Source: Candidatus Enterousia sp.
Lineage (GTDB): Bacteria > Pseudomonadota > Alphaproteobacteria > Rs-D84
Assembly (NCBI GenBank): GCA_045646605.1
Contig: JAZRLA010000008.1
Location: forward strand, 128,931 to 192,930
Length of the DNA: 64,000 nucleotides
Reading direction: 5' to 3'
This document shows positions 9,661 to 17,627 of the stretch, one piece after another (the first letter of the stretch is position 1; each line of letters opens with the position of its first letter). Under the pieces are notes generated by a model. The model had not been told where the DNA came from. It ran no database searches and worked only from the letters and a program-made list of their open reading frames with translations. Made by a program: the position numbers and the translations under genes.

Positions 9661-9719
9661 TAAATTTTCCTGGGAATGAATATAATGTGGACATGGTTAA
9701 CAAACAAAAGGAGATTACC

Positions 9720-9947
9720 ATGACTCATCAAGATATATGGCAAGCAATTGATAATTTCGCTTTTCAGCATAACATGTCCTGTTCAGGATTGGCGAGATTT
9801 TCAGGATTAGATGCAACCACGTTTAACAAGAGCAAACGTTGGTCGAAATATGGTCAACCACGGTGGCCTTCGACAAACAGTATTGCCAAGATATTAAATT
9901 CCACCGGAAAAACTATCGCGGATTTTATAAAATGTATCGGTGAATAA
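9720..9947 (+). CDS. phage CI-like HTH DNA-binding protein (short, 75 aa)
   Basis: RBS aaaaggag 7 nt upstream. Sequence ...FSGLDATTFNKSKRW...STNSIAKILNSTGKTIADF resembles the CI-repressor HTH family. An alternative start exists at 9687. Confidence 0.5.
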   Translation: MTHQDIWQAIDNFAFQHNMSCSGLARFSGLDATTFNKSKRWSKYGQPRWPSTNSIAKILNSTGKTIADFIKCIGE

Positions 9948-9992
9948 AATATTTTTGTTTACAAAGGTATTTGGTCGTGTAGGATACATTGC

Positions 9993-10895
9993 ATGTCAAC
10001 ACTAAAAACAAAAATAATTTTATTGAAAGAATTATTGGCACTAAAAGAGGTTGTTGATAAGGGCAGTATTCAAATCGCCGCGGGTGAAAACGGTATCAAA
10101 AATTCTAATCTGTCGCAAATGATTAGGAATTTAGAACATAGGTTTCATACTAAACTTATCAACAGGGGCGCGAGTGGCAGTTTACCAACGAATTCTGCGC
10201 AACTTATATATAATGATATATGTGCGATAGAAGAAATGCTTGGTAAAATTTCCGAAAATTTTGTCGATATGGATGCGCTGTCTGGGTCTATGTCTATATG
10301 GACCGAAGAAGGTCTGATTGGCAGTTATATTATGAAAGATTTGTCCGAATTCTATGCGAAATATCCAAAGATTCGTTTGGAATTGTTCATGCGCAAAGAA
10401 CCTGATATATCCACAATGGATATTTTAATTATTAAACCGAAATTGCATCCGAATATTCATGGAACGGTTTTGTTTAAGTTTAAAACGCACTTGAAGTTTT
10501 ATGCCAGTAAAAAATATCTTGAATTGCGTGGCGTTCCGAAAAATATAAATGATTTGTTGGAAAATCATGATTTGTGCATGGTTTATCGGTATATGAATTT
10601 GCCGGAATATCAAAGTATTATAAAACGCGCGAAACATTTGAATACTACATCCGATTCGTTGGCGTTGATATACCGGTTGGTTAGTGATGGTGACGGTATC
10701 ACGGTTTTTCCGTCGTGGTTCCAAGAAAGTAATGAAAATCTTGTTTGTTTGGATAAATTAAATTTTGAATATGAAATGGAAACGCAGTGTATTTGTCGCA
10801 CGGAAATCGCGGAATCACCAAAGGTCGGCGCATTCGTAAATTTCTTTATGGATTTCTGCAAGGGCCACCAAGTGCCGATTGATATTTATTTTTGA
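9993..10895 (+). CDS. LysR-family transcriptional regulator
   Basis: N-terminal LysR-type HTH (LKEVVDKGSIQIAAGENGIKNSNLSQMIRNLE..F...L) followed by a ~200-aa substrate-binding domain. Confidence 0.65.
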   Translation: MSTLKTKIILLKELLALKEVVDKGSIQIAAGENGIKNSNLSQMIRNLEHRFHTKLINRGASGSLPTNSAQLIYNDICAIEEMLGKISENFVDMDALSGSMSIWTEEGLIGSYIMKDLSEFYAKYPKIRLELFMRKEPDISTMDILIIKPKLHPNIHGTVLFKFKTHLKFYASKKYLELRGVPKNINDLLENHDLCMVYRYMNLPEYQSIIKRAKHLNTTSDSLALIYRLVSDGDGITVFPSWFQESNENLVCLDKLNFEYEMETQCICRTEIAESPKVGAFVNFFMDFCKGHQVPIDIYF

Positions 10896-11683
10896 TTGCG
10901 GACGGTGGGTGAAATACGTGGTTGTTTTATTTTGATATTGCCATAGTTGTTTTTATACAGATTCTGGGTTTGGGGTGATTTTATAACTTCCAGTGCCCTT
11001 GGTTTTATTTTTAATTGTTCGGGATGTTTTAATCCGTATGATTTTGCTGCATTTATTAGTTTTGTAATAATTTTTAATTCTAAATCATAATATTCAGGAT
11101 TGGCCGGCATATCTGGAATATCAGTCAATAATAATAAAATCAAATCACCAATATTTCTGATTTTTTTAATAGGTCGCAAATCAATTATGTAAAATTTTTT
11201 GGATTTTGGATTTAGTAATAAATTTCCTTCGCTTGGGTCTATGGTGAAATCTGTGTTTGCCAAATGATTCAAATCTTCTATTAGTTTTTTAAATGATTTT
11301 TGTGGCATAGACGCGATAATTTTCATTTTTGTTATGGCTTTTTGTTGTGCAGTCAAAATTTGTCTTGGGGTTAAAGGTGGTTCAACTAAATCATTTGTTG
11401 GAAAACCGTCAGCCTTTTTGCATACCGATAAAACAATTGTTGATTTAGATTCGTCAATTAAATTGTATATAGCTTGACCAAAATTCCTGCGCCCGTGAAC
11501 ATTTTGTGCTTTTTTTGTTTTGTAAACATTGCTTGCCAATTTGTTTCTAAATAGTGCATCATTTTTTATGTGTTTTGGCATACGCAGAACATATTTGCCT
11601 GCATCATACGTGATGGCCTCTGTTCCTTTGCCAATAGGTCTTTGTGATAAATATGTTAAAATTTCTAAATTTGTCAGTTTCAT
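10886..11683 (-). CDS. protein-kinase-fold (PKL) protein, effector-like
   Basis: G-loop-like IGKGTEAITY, Lys in VLRMPK, catalytic-loop-like DPSEGNLLLNP (D..x4..N), metal-binding YIIDL. No clear SD, so start uncertain. Confidence 0.45.
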   Translation of the reverse strand: MKLTNLEILTYLSQRPIGKGTEAITYDAGKYVLRMPKHIKNDALFRNKLASNVYKTKKAQNVHGRRNFGQAIYNLIDESKSTIVLSVCKKADGFPTNDLVEPPLTPRQILTAQQKAITKMKIIASMPQKSFKKLIEDLNHLANTDFTIDPSEGNLLLNPKSKKFYIIDLRPIKKIRNIGDLILLLLTDIPDMPANPEYYDLELKIITKLINAAKSYGLKHPEQLKIKPRALEVIKSPQTQNLYKNNYGNIKIKQPRISPTVRNQK

Positions 11684-11726
11684 GAGGTAATTATAACATG
11701 AGATGTGTGAGTTTCTATGTTTATTT

Positions 11727-11948
11727 TACTCTCTGGAATGCGCACGGGTGCCTCGATACACAATAACAAAAATCAAAAAAATCTCCGCGGGTCGATTTTT
11801 TAAGATTTTTCTAATTGTGTATTCTCGTATTGGTGCTGCGCCCGACGGGCTTGCGCCGATCCGTGCGCCCAGGAATAAATAAAAACACCAAAAAGGGTGT
11901 TTTTGTTTATTCTGGTTGAGGTGTGTGTGCAAAACGCGAGTTGAGATG
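11727..11948 (+). repeat. cassette leader repeat copy 1 (ctctctggaatgcgcacg... long hairpin ... gtgtgtgcaaaacgcgag)
   Basis: About 75% identical in blocks to 13372-13722. Contains a 20-bp-stem hairpin at 11881-11929. Confidence 0.7.
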
Positions 11949-11972
11949 GCACATGTATTTCAAATGAAGCAT

Positions 11973-13130
11973 TTAAAATGCATTACCACCATATTCCTTA
12001 ATAATACTTGCGATATCTTTTGAAACAGCTGTTCCGACAGAGATTCCACCATTCGCATTCGATGTTTCTGGACTGATGGAAATTCCTTTGCCTAACATAT
12101 CTCCAACCAATCCATCGTTTGAACGCACAAATGGTTGAATTGCGGTAGCGATTTGTTTTTCTAAGTTTGGATTTCTAGCATTTGTATAAATAGTTACAGG
12201 GTCATGTCGCGATAATATTTCATCGTAAAAATTCGTTTTGGGAAATTTGTAAGAATTAATATATCTTCCCCCATCTTTAATCAAAAAGTCATCTAAAACT
12301 TTAATTAAATCTTTTGTGACACGAACATTCAGACTGATATGAAAACCATTCGGATTACCAGAATCAATAACAGGGGTTTCTGTATTACCGCCACAAGATC
12401 GGAACCAAGTCCAATTTTGCATTCCATGCATGTTTATATGTCTACCTTGTGGCCATTGTTTAGAACACGATGCTAAAGCATAATCAAAGGCCTCTTCAAA
12501 TTCTTTTTGCGAGACATCTGTATATTCTCCATCTTGCTTGTAACGCAACATCCTGTATATCATATCCTCATCAGTCGGGCTTTCAGACCGAAGGATATTC
12601 AATATCGTTACCGTTGATAAATTTGGATAGTTTTGTTGGATAATTTCAATTAATTTGTTTTCCAGTTTTTCTCGCCCATTTGCAAAAACACTTATTTTAT
12701 CCATAGGTCTGCTGGCTTTTGTGAACCAATAGTACATAGATCCATTTTGCATATAAGGGACCAGCTGAACACCAATTTCAATTAAAGATTTATTCAACTG
12801 TGCCCATTCTTCTTTTGTCAATCGCGAGTCAGGCAAACCTGTTGTTTCGCCAGTGGCCAAAAAATTATTTAAATATTTTTCAAAATTTTTACTAGCACGC
12901 TTACGTAAATCATTAACAGAACCTAATTTTGCAAACCAATAGTATAACACACCTTTATCTGTACCGGGTATCAATACAACACCTTGGGAAGATAACTCTG
13001 TGTTTAATTGTTTCCATTCGGCATCGTTTAATCTTTCTCCAGGCAAACCTACGGTCTCCCCTTTAGTCAAAAAATTACTTAAATATTTTTCAAAACTTTG
13101 GCTGGCACGTTTACGCAAATTGTTATCCAT
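11973..13130 (-). CDS. hypothetical protein with two N-terminal ~66-aa tandem repeats and a ~250-aa C-terminal domain (effector-like)
   Basis: Repeat units NLRKRASQSFEKYLSNFLTKGETVGLP...YYWFAK and DLRKRASKNFEKYLNNFLATGETTGLP...YYWFTK. RBS aaagga. Confidence 0.55.
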   Translation of the reverse strand: MDNNLRKRASQSFEKYLSNFLTKGETVGLPGERLNDAEWKQLNTELSSQGVVLIPGTDKGVLYYWFAKLGSVNDLRKRASKNFEKYLNNFLATGETTGLPDSRLTKEEWAQLNKSLIEIGVQLVPYMQNGSMYYWFTKASRPMDKISVFANGREKLENKLIEIIQQNYPNLSTVTILNILRSESPTDEDMIYRMLRYKQDGEYTDVSQKEFEEAFDYALASCSKQWPQGRHINMHGMQNWTWFRSCGGNTETPVIDSGNPNGFHISLNVRVTKDLIKVLDDFLIKDGGRYINSYKFPKTNFYDEILSRHDPVTIYTNARNPNLEKQIATAIQPFVRSNDGLVGDMLGKGISISPETSNANGGISVGTAVSKDIASIIKEYGGNAF

Positions 13131-13214
13131 AAGAATATCCTTTCTTTACCATGCGTAATTTTATCATGATATATTTGAGAAAACAACTTCTTTTCGCCCA
13201 CACACCACAACCAC

Positions 13215-13236
13215 ATCGAATGAAAATGATACCTAG
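13215..13236 (+). repeat. terminal motif cgcccacacaccacaaccacat, copy 1
   Basis: Also present at 15112-15133. Inverted variants occur at 13697-13722 and 11915-11945. Confidence 0.7.
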
Positions 13237-13290
13237 AGCAAATTTTGATTAGTTTTATAAGCTTATTGTTGGTTCGAATGTTTTTAGTGA

Positions 13291-13352
13291 TTTATAAGTA
13301 GTTCGAAAGCGTGTTTCAAAAGACAAAAAATCGAAATTTTAACTTTCGAACT
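13291..13352. repeat. hairpin element tagttcgaaag...ctttcgaact, copy 1
   Basis: Second copy at 15552-15603. A solitary half-site sits at about 15190. Confidence 0.6.
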
Positions 13353-13371
13353 CATGAAAATTTAATTTTTT

Positions 13372-13722
13372 TTGCTCTCTGGAATGCGCACGAGACCTTG
13401 ATAAACAATAACCAACCGCAGGGCAAAAACTCTATTAAAAATATCCGTTTTTGCGCGGTTGCTAATTGTTCATCTGCGTATTGGGCATGCGCTCTTACGG
13501 GCTCTGACCGATCCGTGCGCGGGGCGCACAGGATTCGCTCGGTCGGCTTTGCCGACACTGCGCGCAACCCGTGACGATTTGGCTACGCTTTGCTTGCCAA
13601 ATCTACTTGGTTTCGAACCCGCAACAAAGTTGCGGATGGCGACCCGTGGCCCCAACCAAAAATTAAACCGGCAAAAGCCGGTTGAATTTTTGGTTGTGGG
13701 GTGTGGGCGAAACGCGAGCTGA
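13372..13722 (+). repeat. cassette leader repeat copy 2 (extended, GC-rich, many hairpins)
   Basis: Shares 5' and 3' blocks with copy 1. Has ~110 extra nt including a palindrome of the tRNA-Gln 3'-end fragment (13511-13537). Confidence 0.7.
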
Positions 13723-13783
13723 ATTATAGTTGCAAAAAATAATACAGCGGAATATAATCACAGTGTTATAAAAAGGATGGAAT

Positions 13784-14392
13784 ATGAAAAAATTTTTTGC
13801 TTTGTTATGTTTCGTTTTATCTGGTTGTGTTTCAGTTGATATGAATAAAGTCATGACTGTAAATGAAACAGATACAGAAAAATTGCCAACATTAGAAACT
13901 GTGTATATTGATGCTACATCAAAAGTACCACAATATTGGGAAGCTGGAGCCAAAGTCGTACAAAGTGGCTCTAATAGGGCAACGTTATTTTATCAACAAA
14001 TCGAAAAAAATCTGACAGACCCATATGGTGATATGCATGGTTATATAGAATTGCGCGATAATACATTTTTAAATGGTCCAGACCCTGTTAAGGTTGGAGA
14101 TGCTTGGGGTGCGATGTCTATAGTAACCCTTGGTGTTTTTAATTTGGTTGGTATGCCGGCGTATCATTTTAAACCATATAGTGAAATTAATGTTCGTGTA
14201 TTAGATAAAACAGGGAAACTTATAAAACGCTACCAAGCTAGTTTTGAAGATTCTGAATATGCAGCATTATATTGGGGGTATTCGTTGGGTGCAGGGGATG
14301 AATTATTGTTAAGAACATATAGAAAAGCACTTGATGATGTTATAGAACAAATGCAAAACGATAAAGAATTTTTATTAAAGAAATTAAAATAA
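13784..14392 (+). CDS. hypothetical lipoprotein (AT-rich cargo gene)
   Basis: Signal peptide with lipobox LSGC. RBS aaggatgg. Markedly AT-rich codon usage. Confidence 0.5.
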   Translation: MKKFFALLCFVLSGCVSVDMNKVMTVNETDTEKLPTLETVYIDATSKVPQYWEAGAKVVQSGSNRATLFYQQIEKNLTDPYGDMHGYIELRDNTFLNGPDPVKVGDAWGAMSIVTLGVFNLVGMPAYHFKPYSEINVRVLDKTGKLIKRYQASFEDSEYAALYWGYSLGAGDELLLRTYRKALDDVIEQMQNDKEFLLKKLK

Positions 14393-14417
14393 TAAGTTTG
14401 ATATTCTTATAATCGGG

Positions 14418-15098
14418 ATGGATGATATATTGTATAATTTTGATAGAGAATATGGCAATATAGTGGAGTATAATGCTAGAGATATATCTTGGTTTCATAT
14501 AGAAAAATTGAATATATTTTATACTGCTATAAATGCCAGTCTAAAAAGTTTGAAGAAAGAATTAAATCGCTTGCCGATATTGAAATCTCCTTTGGAATAT
14601 AGAACAGATTTGTTTAATGAGGTTCTAAATGAAATGAGACAGGCAGCAATAGTTGGCATATTTCATTTATGGTTACATAATTTACAAGAATTTTTGGCTA
14701 TCGGTGGTGATTTTAATAATAACAAAAAAATAAAACTCATCAGTAGTCCAACTGAAACTATTTTAAACTTGTTTAATGAAGATAAAATCTTGCAATCATT
14801 GGTTCCTGTATTAGAAAAATACGGATATTTAGTAAATACGATAAAACATGGAATAGGTCCTTCTTATAAAAAGTTGCAACATTTATATCCAGAATTTTTT
14901 GTGGAACCTGGGGAATACAAAGAAGAGCTTATTTTAGATGGTGAAAGTTATGATTCTACAATAGCTATGCCACCCTATGTTTTACAAAATCATATAGATG
15001 AATTTTACAAAACCGCAAAAAATTTCTGGCAAAATATTCCAGAAAAACTAGTTATAGATTTCACAGAAAAAATACCAAAGCGAGTTATAAAAGCATAA
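14418..15098 (+). CDS. hypothetical protein (AT-rich cargo gene)
   Basis: 226-aa ORF immediately downstream of the lipoprotein gene. No recognisable motif. Confidence 0.45.
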   Translation: MDDILYNFDREYGNIVEYNARDISWFHIEKLNIFYTAINASLKSLKKELNRLPILKSPLEYRTDLFNEVLNEMRQAAIVGIFHLWLHNLQEFLAIGGDFNNNKKIKLISSPTETILNLFNEDKILQSLVPVLEKYGYLVNTIKHGIGPSYKKLQHLYPEFFVEPGEYKEELILDGESYDSTIAMPPYVLQNHIDEFYKTAKNFWQNIPEKLVIDFTEKIPKRVIKA

Positions 15099-15111
15099 AT
15101 TTTATTCGTTT

Positions 15112-15133
15112 CGCCCACACACCACAACCACAT
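15112..15133 (+). repeat. terminal motif cgcccacacaccacaaccacat, copy 2
   Basis: Identical 22-mer to 13215-13236. Confidence 0.7.
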
Positions 15134-15247
15134 TGAATATAAATACTAAATATAGCGGTTTTAGGTTGGTTTTCTTTCGTTTTTATTAGTTCGAAAGTTT
15201 TTGAATGTCTTGATTTTTATAAATTGTATCCGTATACTCCAATTGTG

Positions 15248-15504
15248 CTTGTCAGAGAGTTGGTTCTTTGCTTGAAACACATTATTTTAGTCAGGACAAC
15301 AGATGGCGACAATAATGTTGTTATCGAGTACATGGTGAACTTTAATTCACCTGAATAAAAAGGACTCAAAATGAGTACAATAAAAAGGGCTAGAAGCGCT
15401 GTCAATGGTAGATTCGTACCAATGAAAGTGGCTCAAAAGCAGCCAAAAACTCATGTTGTTGAAACTATAAAGCGGAAGTAAACAACATAATTCTCTCTGA
15501 CAGG
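15248..15504. repeat. miniature element bounded by 12-bp inverted repeats (cttgtcagagag / ctctctgacagg)
   Basis: Arms match 11/12 and lie 233 bp apart. They enclose a 36-codon sORF. Confidence 0.45.
15371..15481 (+). CDS. possible small basic protein (36 aa, MSTIKRARSAVNGRFVPMKVAQKQPKTHVVETIKRK)
   Basis: sORF with RBS-like aaagga. Below the ORF-track cutoff. Speculative. Confidence 0.2.
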   Translation: MSTIKRARSAVNGRFVPMKVAQKQPKTHVVETIKRK

Positions 15505-15551
15505 TGCATTATACCATAAATTATGACAAAAATATACAGTTATTTTTAATA

Positions 15552-15603
15552 GTTCGAAAGTGTTAGTAAGAACGCTGTTTCCCTAAATTAAACTTTCGAA
15601 CTT
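15552..15603. repeat. hairpin element tagttcgaaag...ctttcgaact, copy 2
   Basis: Homolog of 13291-13352. Confidence 0.6.
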
Positions 15604-15621
15604 GCCAAACTCTTGTATTCT

Positions 15622-15652
15622 GAACAAAAAATGCTCTGAAGAGCATTTTGTT
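15622..15652 (-). terminator. terminator of tRNA-Gln (perfect palindrome aaaatgctc-tgaa-gagcatttt)
   Basis: 22-nt palindrome followed on the minus strand by a T-run, directly 3' of the tRNA. Confidence 0.6.
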
Positions 15653-15657
15653 AACTT

Positions 15658-15731
15658 TGGTTGGGGCGCACGGATTCGAACCATGATAAAGAGAACCAAA
15701 ATCTCTTGTCCTACCATTAGACGACACCCCA
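15658..15731 (-). tRNA. tRNA-Gln (anticodon UUG), CCA encoded
   Basis: Manual cloverleaf: acceptor UGGGGUG/CGCCCCA, D-arm, anticodon loop UUUUGGU (UUG), T-arm CAUGG-UUCGAAU-CCGUG, discriminator A, CCA. Resembles E. coli tRNA-Gln. Confidence 0.85.
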
Positions 15732-15863
15732 AAAACAGTGTGGATTATAGTAGTTTTTCGGCTTTTTGCAATAATAAAATAATTTTTGTTATTTTAGGAC
15801 TTGATTTTTAATCGTTAAAAATTATAATGATTGCTGGTTTTAATAAAGCACTAGGGGGTGAAA

Positions 15864-16313
15864 ATGGCTCATAAAGAGTTGGTTTCTTTGATGTGGAAAA
15901 ATATTTTGTCGTTCGCGAAATTGTCTGAACGCATAAATCGTAGTCAAATGTCATTTAATGATTATTCGCGGACACAAATGCAATTGCTGATTCGCCTTTA
16001 TCTTGGTGGGCGGGTGCGGTTAAAGGATTTGGCGGCGCGCGAATTTGTGCCGGCGCCGAATTTATGCACGGCTTTTCGTAAAATGGAACATGATGGTTTG
16101 GTGGTGCGTGCGGTGGACGAAGATGACCGTCGGAATACGTGGTATTCGGTTAGTGAACGCGGGGCACGGGTTGCAAGTGATATTATTGAAATGTTGCACA
16201 ATGCAATTGGGGCTATGTTCAAAGATATTGATAAAAAGGACGAAGAAGAATTGGTTCGGTCGTTCAAATCTATGAATGAAATTTTGGCAAAGATGGAGAA
16301 TAAAAATGCGTAA
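15864..16313 (+). CDS. MarR-family transcriptional regulator
   Basis: Winged-helix MarR pattern. The first gene of the efflux operon. ORF-track start 15858 is GTG. ATG at 15864 has RBS aggggg. Confidence 0.7.
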   Translation: MAHKELVSLMWKNILSFAKLSERINRSQMSFNDYSRTQMQLLIRLYLGGRVRLKDLAAREFVPAPNLCTAFRKMEHDGLVVRAVDEDDRRNTWYSVSERGARVASDIIEMLHNAIGAMFKDIDKKDEEELVRSFKSMNEILAKMENKNA

Positions 16314-17625
16314 AATTTTTGGTTGTGTTTTTGCGCTATACGCCGGATTTTCCTGTATAGACGGTTTTGCGATGGATTTGTCGTTGAATGATGCGGTGCA
16401 AAAAATTGTGGCTGAATCGCATGATTTGAAAAAGGCGGATGCCAATGTCAAAAAGGCCCAGGCATCTTTGGATGCGGTGAGTGCCAATCGTTGGTTTAAT
16501 ATTGAAGGTTCGGCATCGTATATGAACCTTATCAATGTGGAAAAACCGTTTGATTCGTTCAATGTGCAATTGCCGCCTGAAATTGGTGGGTTGGTGCCGC
16601 AAATGGCGGGATTAGAAAATATAGAGGTTCCGGATAATATATTTATGGCGGGGGTAACAATAACGCAGCCGATTTATACTTTTGGAAAAATTGGTAATGC
16701 GGTGGACAGTATGCGCAGTGCGATAAAGATGAGTGAATATAGCAAGGAAATGGTCCTGCGTGAGGTAAGGTATAGCGCCGTGGATTTATATTGGACCGCA
16801 AAAATGACCGATGGGATTGTGGAAATTGCGCGTAAAAATTTGAATGATGCGGTTGCCGCAAAAAAGAAACTGACCGGGGCGGGACGCGCAAATCGTAGTA
16901 ATCTTGTTAAAATAGAATCAGATATTGCGACCAAAGAAATCAACCTTTCGGATGCAGAATTTAATCGTGACACCGCGCATAGGATGCTAAAAATTTTGGC
17001 GGGAATTGATATCGATGAACCGTTAAACCTTACCGATGAATTCCCAGAAACTTTTCCGGAAATTGAAAACAAAAAACTTTCCAATACGCCAGAATGGCAG
17101 GTTTTGGACCAGCAGGTAAAAATGTATGAATCCAAAGCATCGTCGAATCGTGCGAACGGTTATCCGACACTTGCGGCGGTTGGTTCGTATAATTATGTGA
17201 CGATGGATAAAGATTTCAAAAATATGTTTAATAGTAATGGGTCGCAATCTGCGTATTGGGGACTTGCGTTAAAAGTTCCGATTTTTAGTGGCGGGGTAAA
17301 TCGTGCAAATGCGACAATTGATGTGATGAATGCAGAGGCCGCACGGCAAGATTTAGATAAGTCAAAAAAAATCACCTCGGAAAAGTATACCAATGCAATA
17401 AAGCAATATAATCATTTGCGAGGAAATTTGTCGGGGCTTAGCAATGCGCGTAATTTGGCGGCCAAGGCGTACGGTTTTTCGCTTGATAGGTTTGCGGCCG
17501 GACAAACATCGGCGGTTGAATTGGCAGATGTGTCCAGTGGTTTGTATCAATTAGATGTTGCGCTTCTTAATGCAAAATATAAAATTTTAATGTCAGCGGA
17601 ATCAATCAAAAAACTTGGTGAATAA
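16306..17625 (+). CDS. TolC-like outer membrane efflux protein
   Basis: Signal peptide. ~440 aa with two tandem OEP-type repeats. Start overlaps the marR stop by 8 nt. Confidence 0.7.
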   Translation: MRKIFGCVFALYAGFSCIDGFAMDLSLNDAVQKIVAESHDLKKADANVKKAQASLDAVSANRWFNIEGSASYMNLINVEKPFDSFNVQLPPEIGGLVPQMAGLENIEVPDNIFMAGVTITQPIYTFGKIGNAVDSMRSAIKMSEYSKEMVLREVRYSAVDLYWTAKMTDGIVEIARKNLNDAVAAKKKLTGAGRANRSNLVKIESDIATKEINLSDAEFNRDTAHRMLKILAGIDIDEPLNLTDEFPETFPEIENKKLSNTPEWQVLDQQVKMYESKASSNRANGYPTLAAVGSYNYVTMDKDFKNMFNSNGSQSAYWGLALKVPIFSGGVNRANATIDVMNAEAARQDLDKSKKITSEKYTNAIKQYNHLRGNLSGLSNARNLAAKAYGFSLDRFAAGQTSAVELADVSSGLYQLDVALLNAKYKILMSAESIKKLGE

Positions 17626-17627
17626 TC

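Noticed and set aside
13560-13660. Possible tmRNA or tRNA (T-loop-like ggtttcgaacc)
   Set aside because: No acceptor stem pairing, no CCA, and no tag-peptide reading frame (ANDN...AA-stop).
13311-13722. Several 60-96-aa ORFs in leader copy 2
   Set aside because: They arise from the GC-rich repeat region and lack an RBS. The region is conserved as nucleotide repeat structure, not as coding sequence.
16062-16562. 166-aa minus-strand ORF
   Set aside because: It is antisense to the marR/tolC-like genes.
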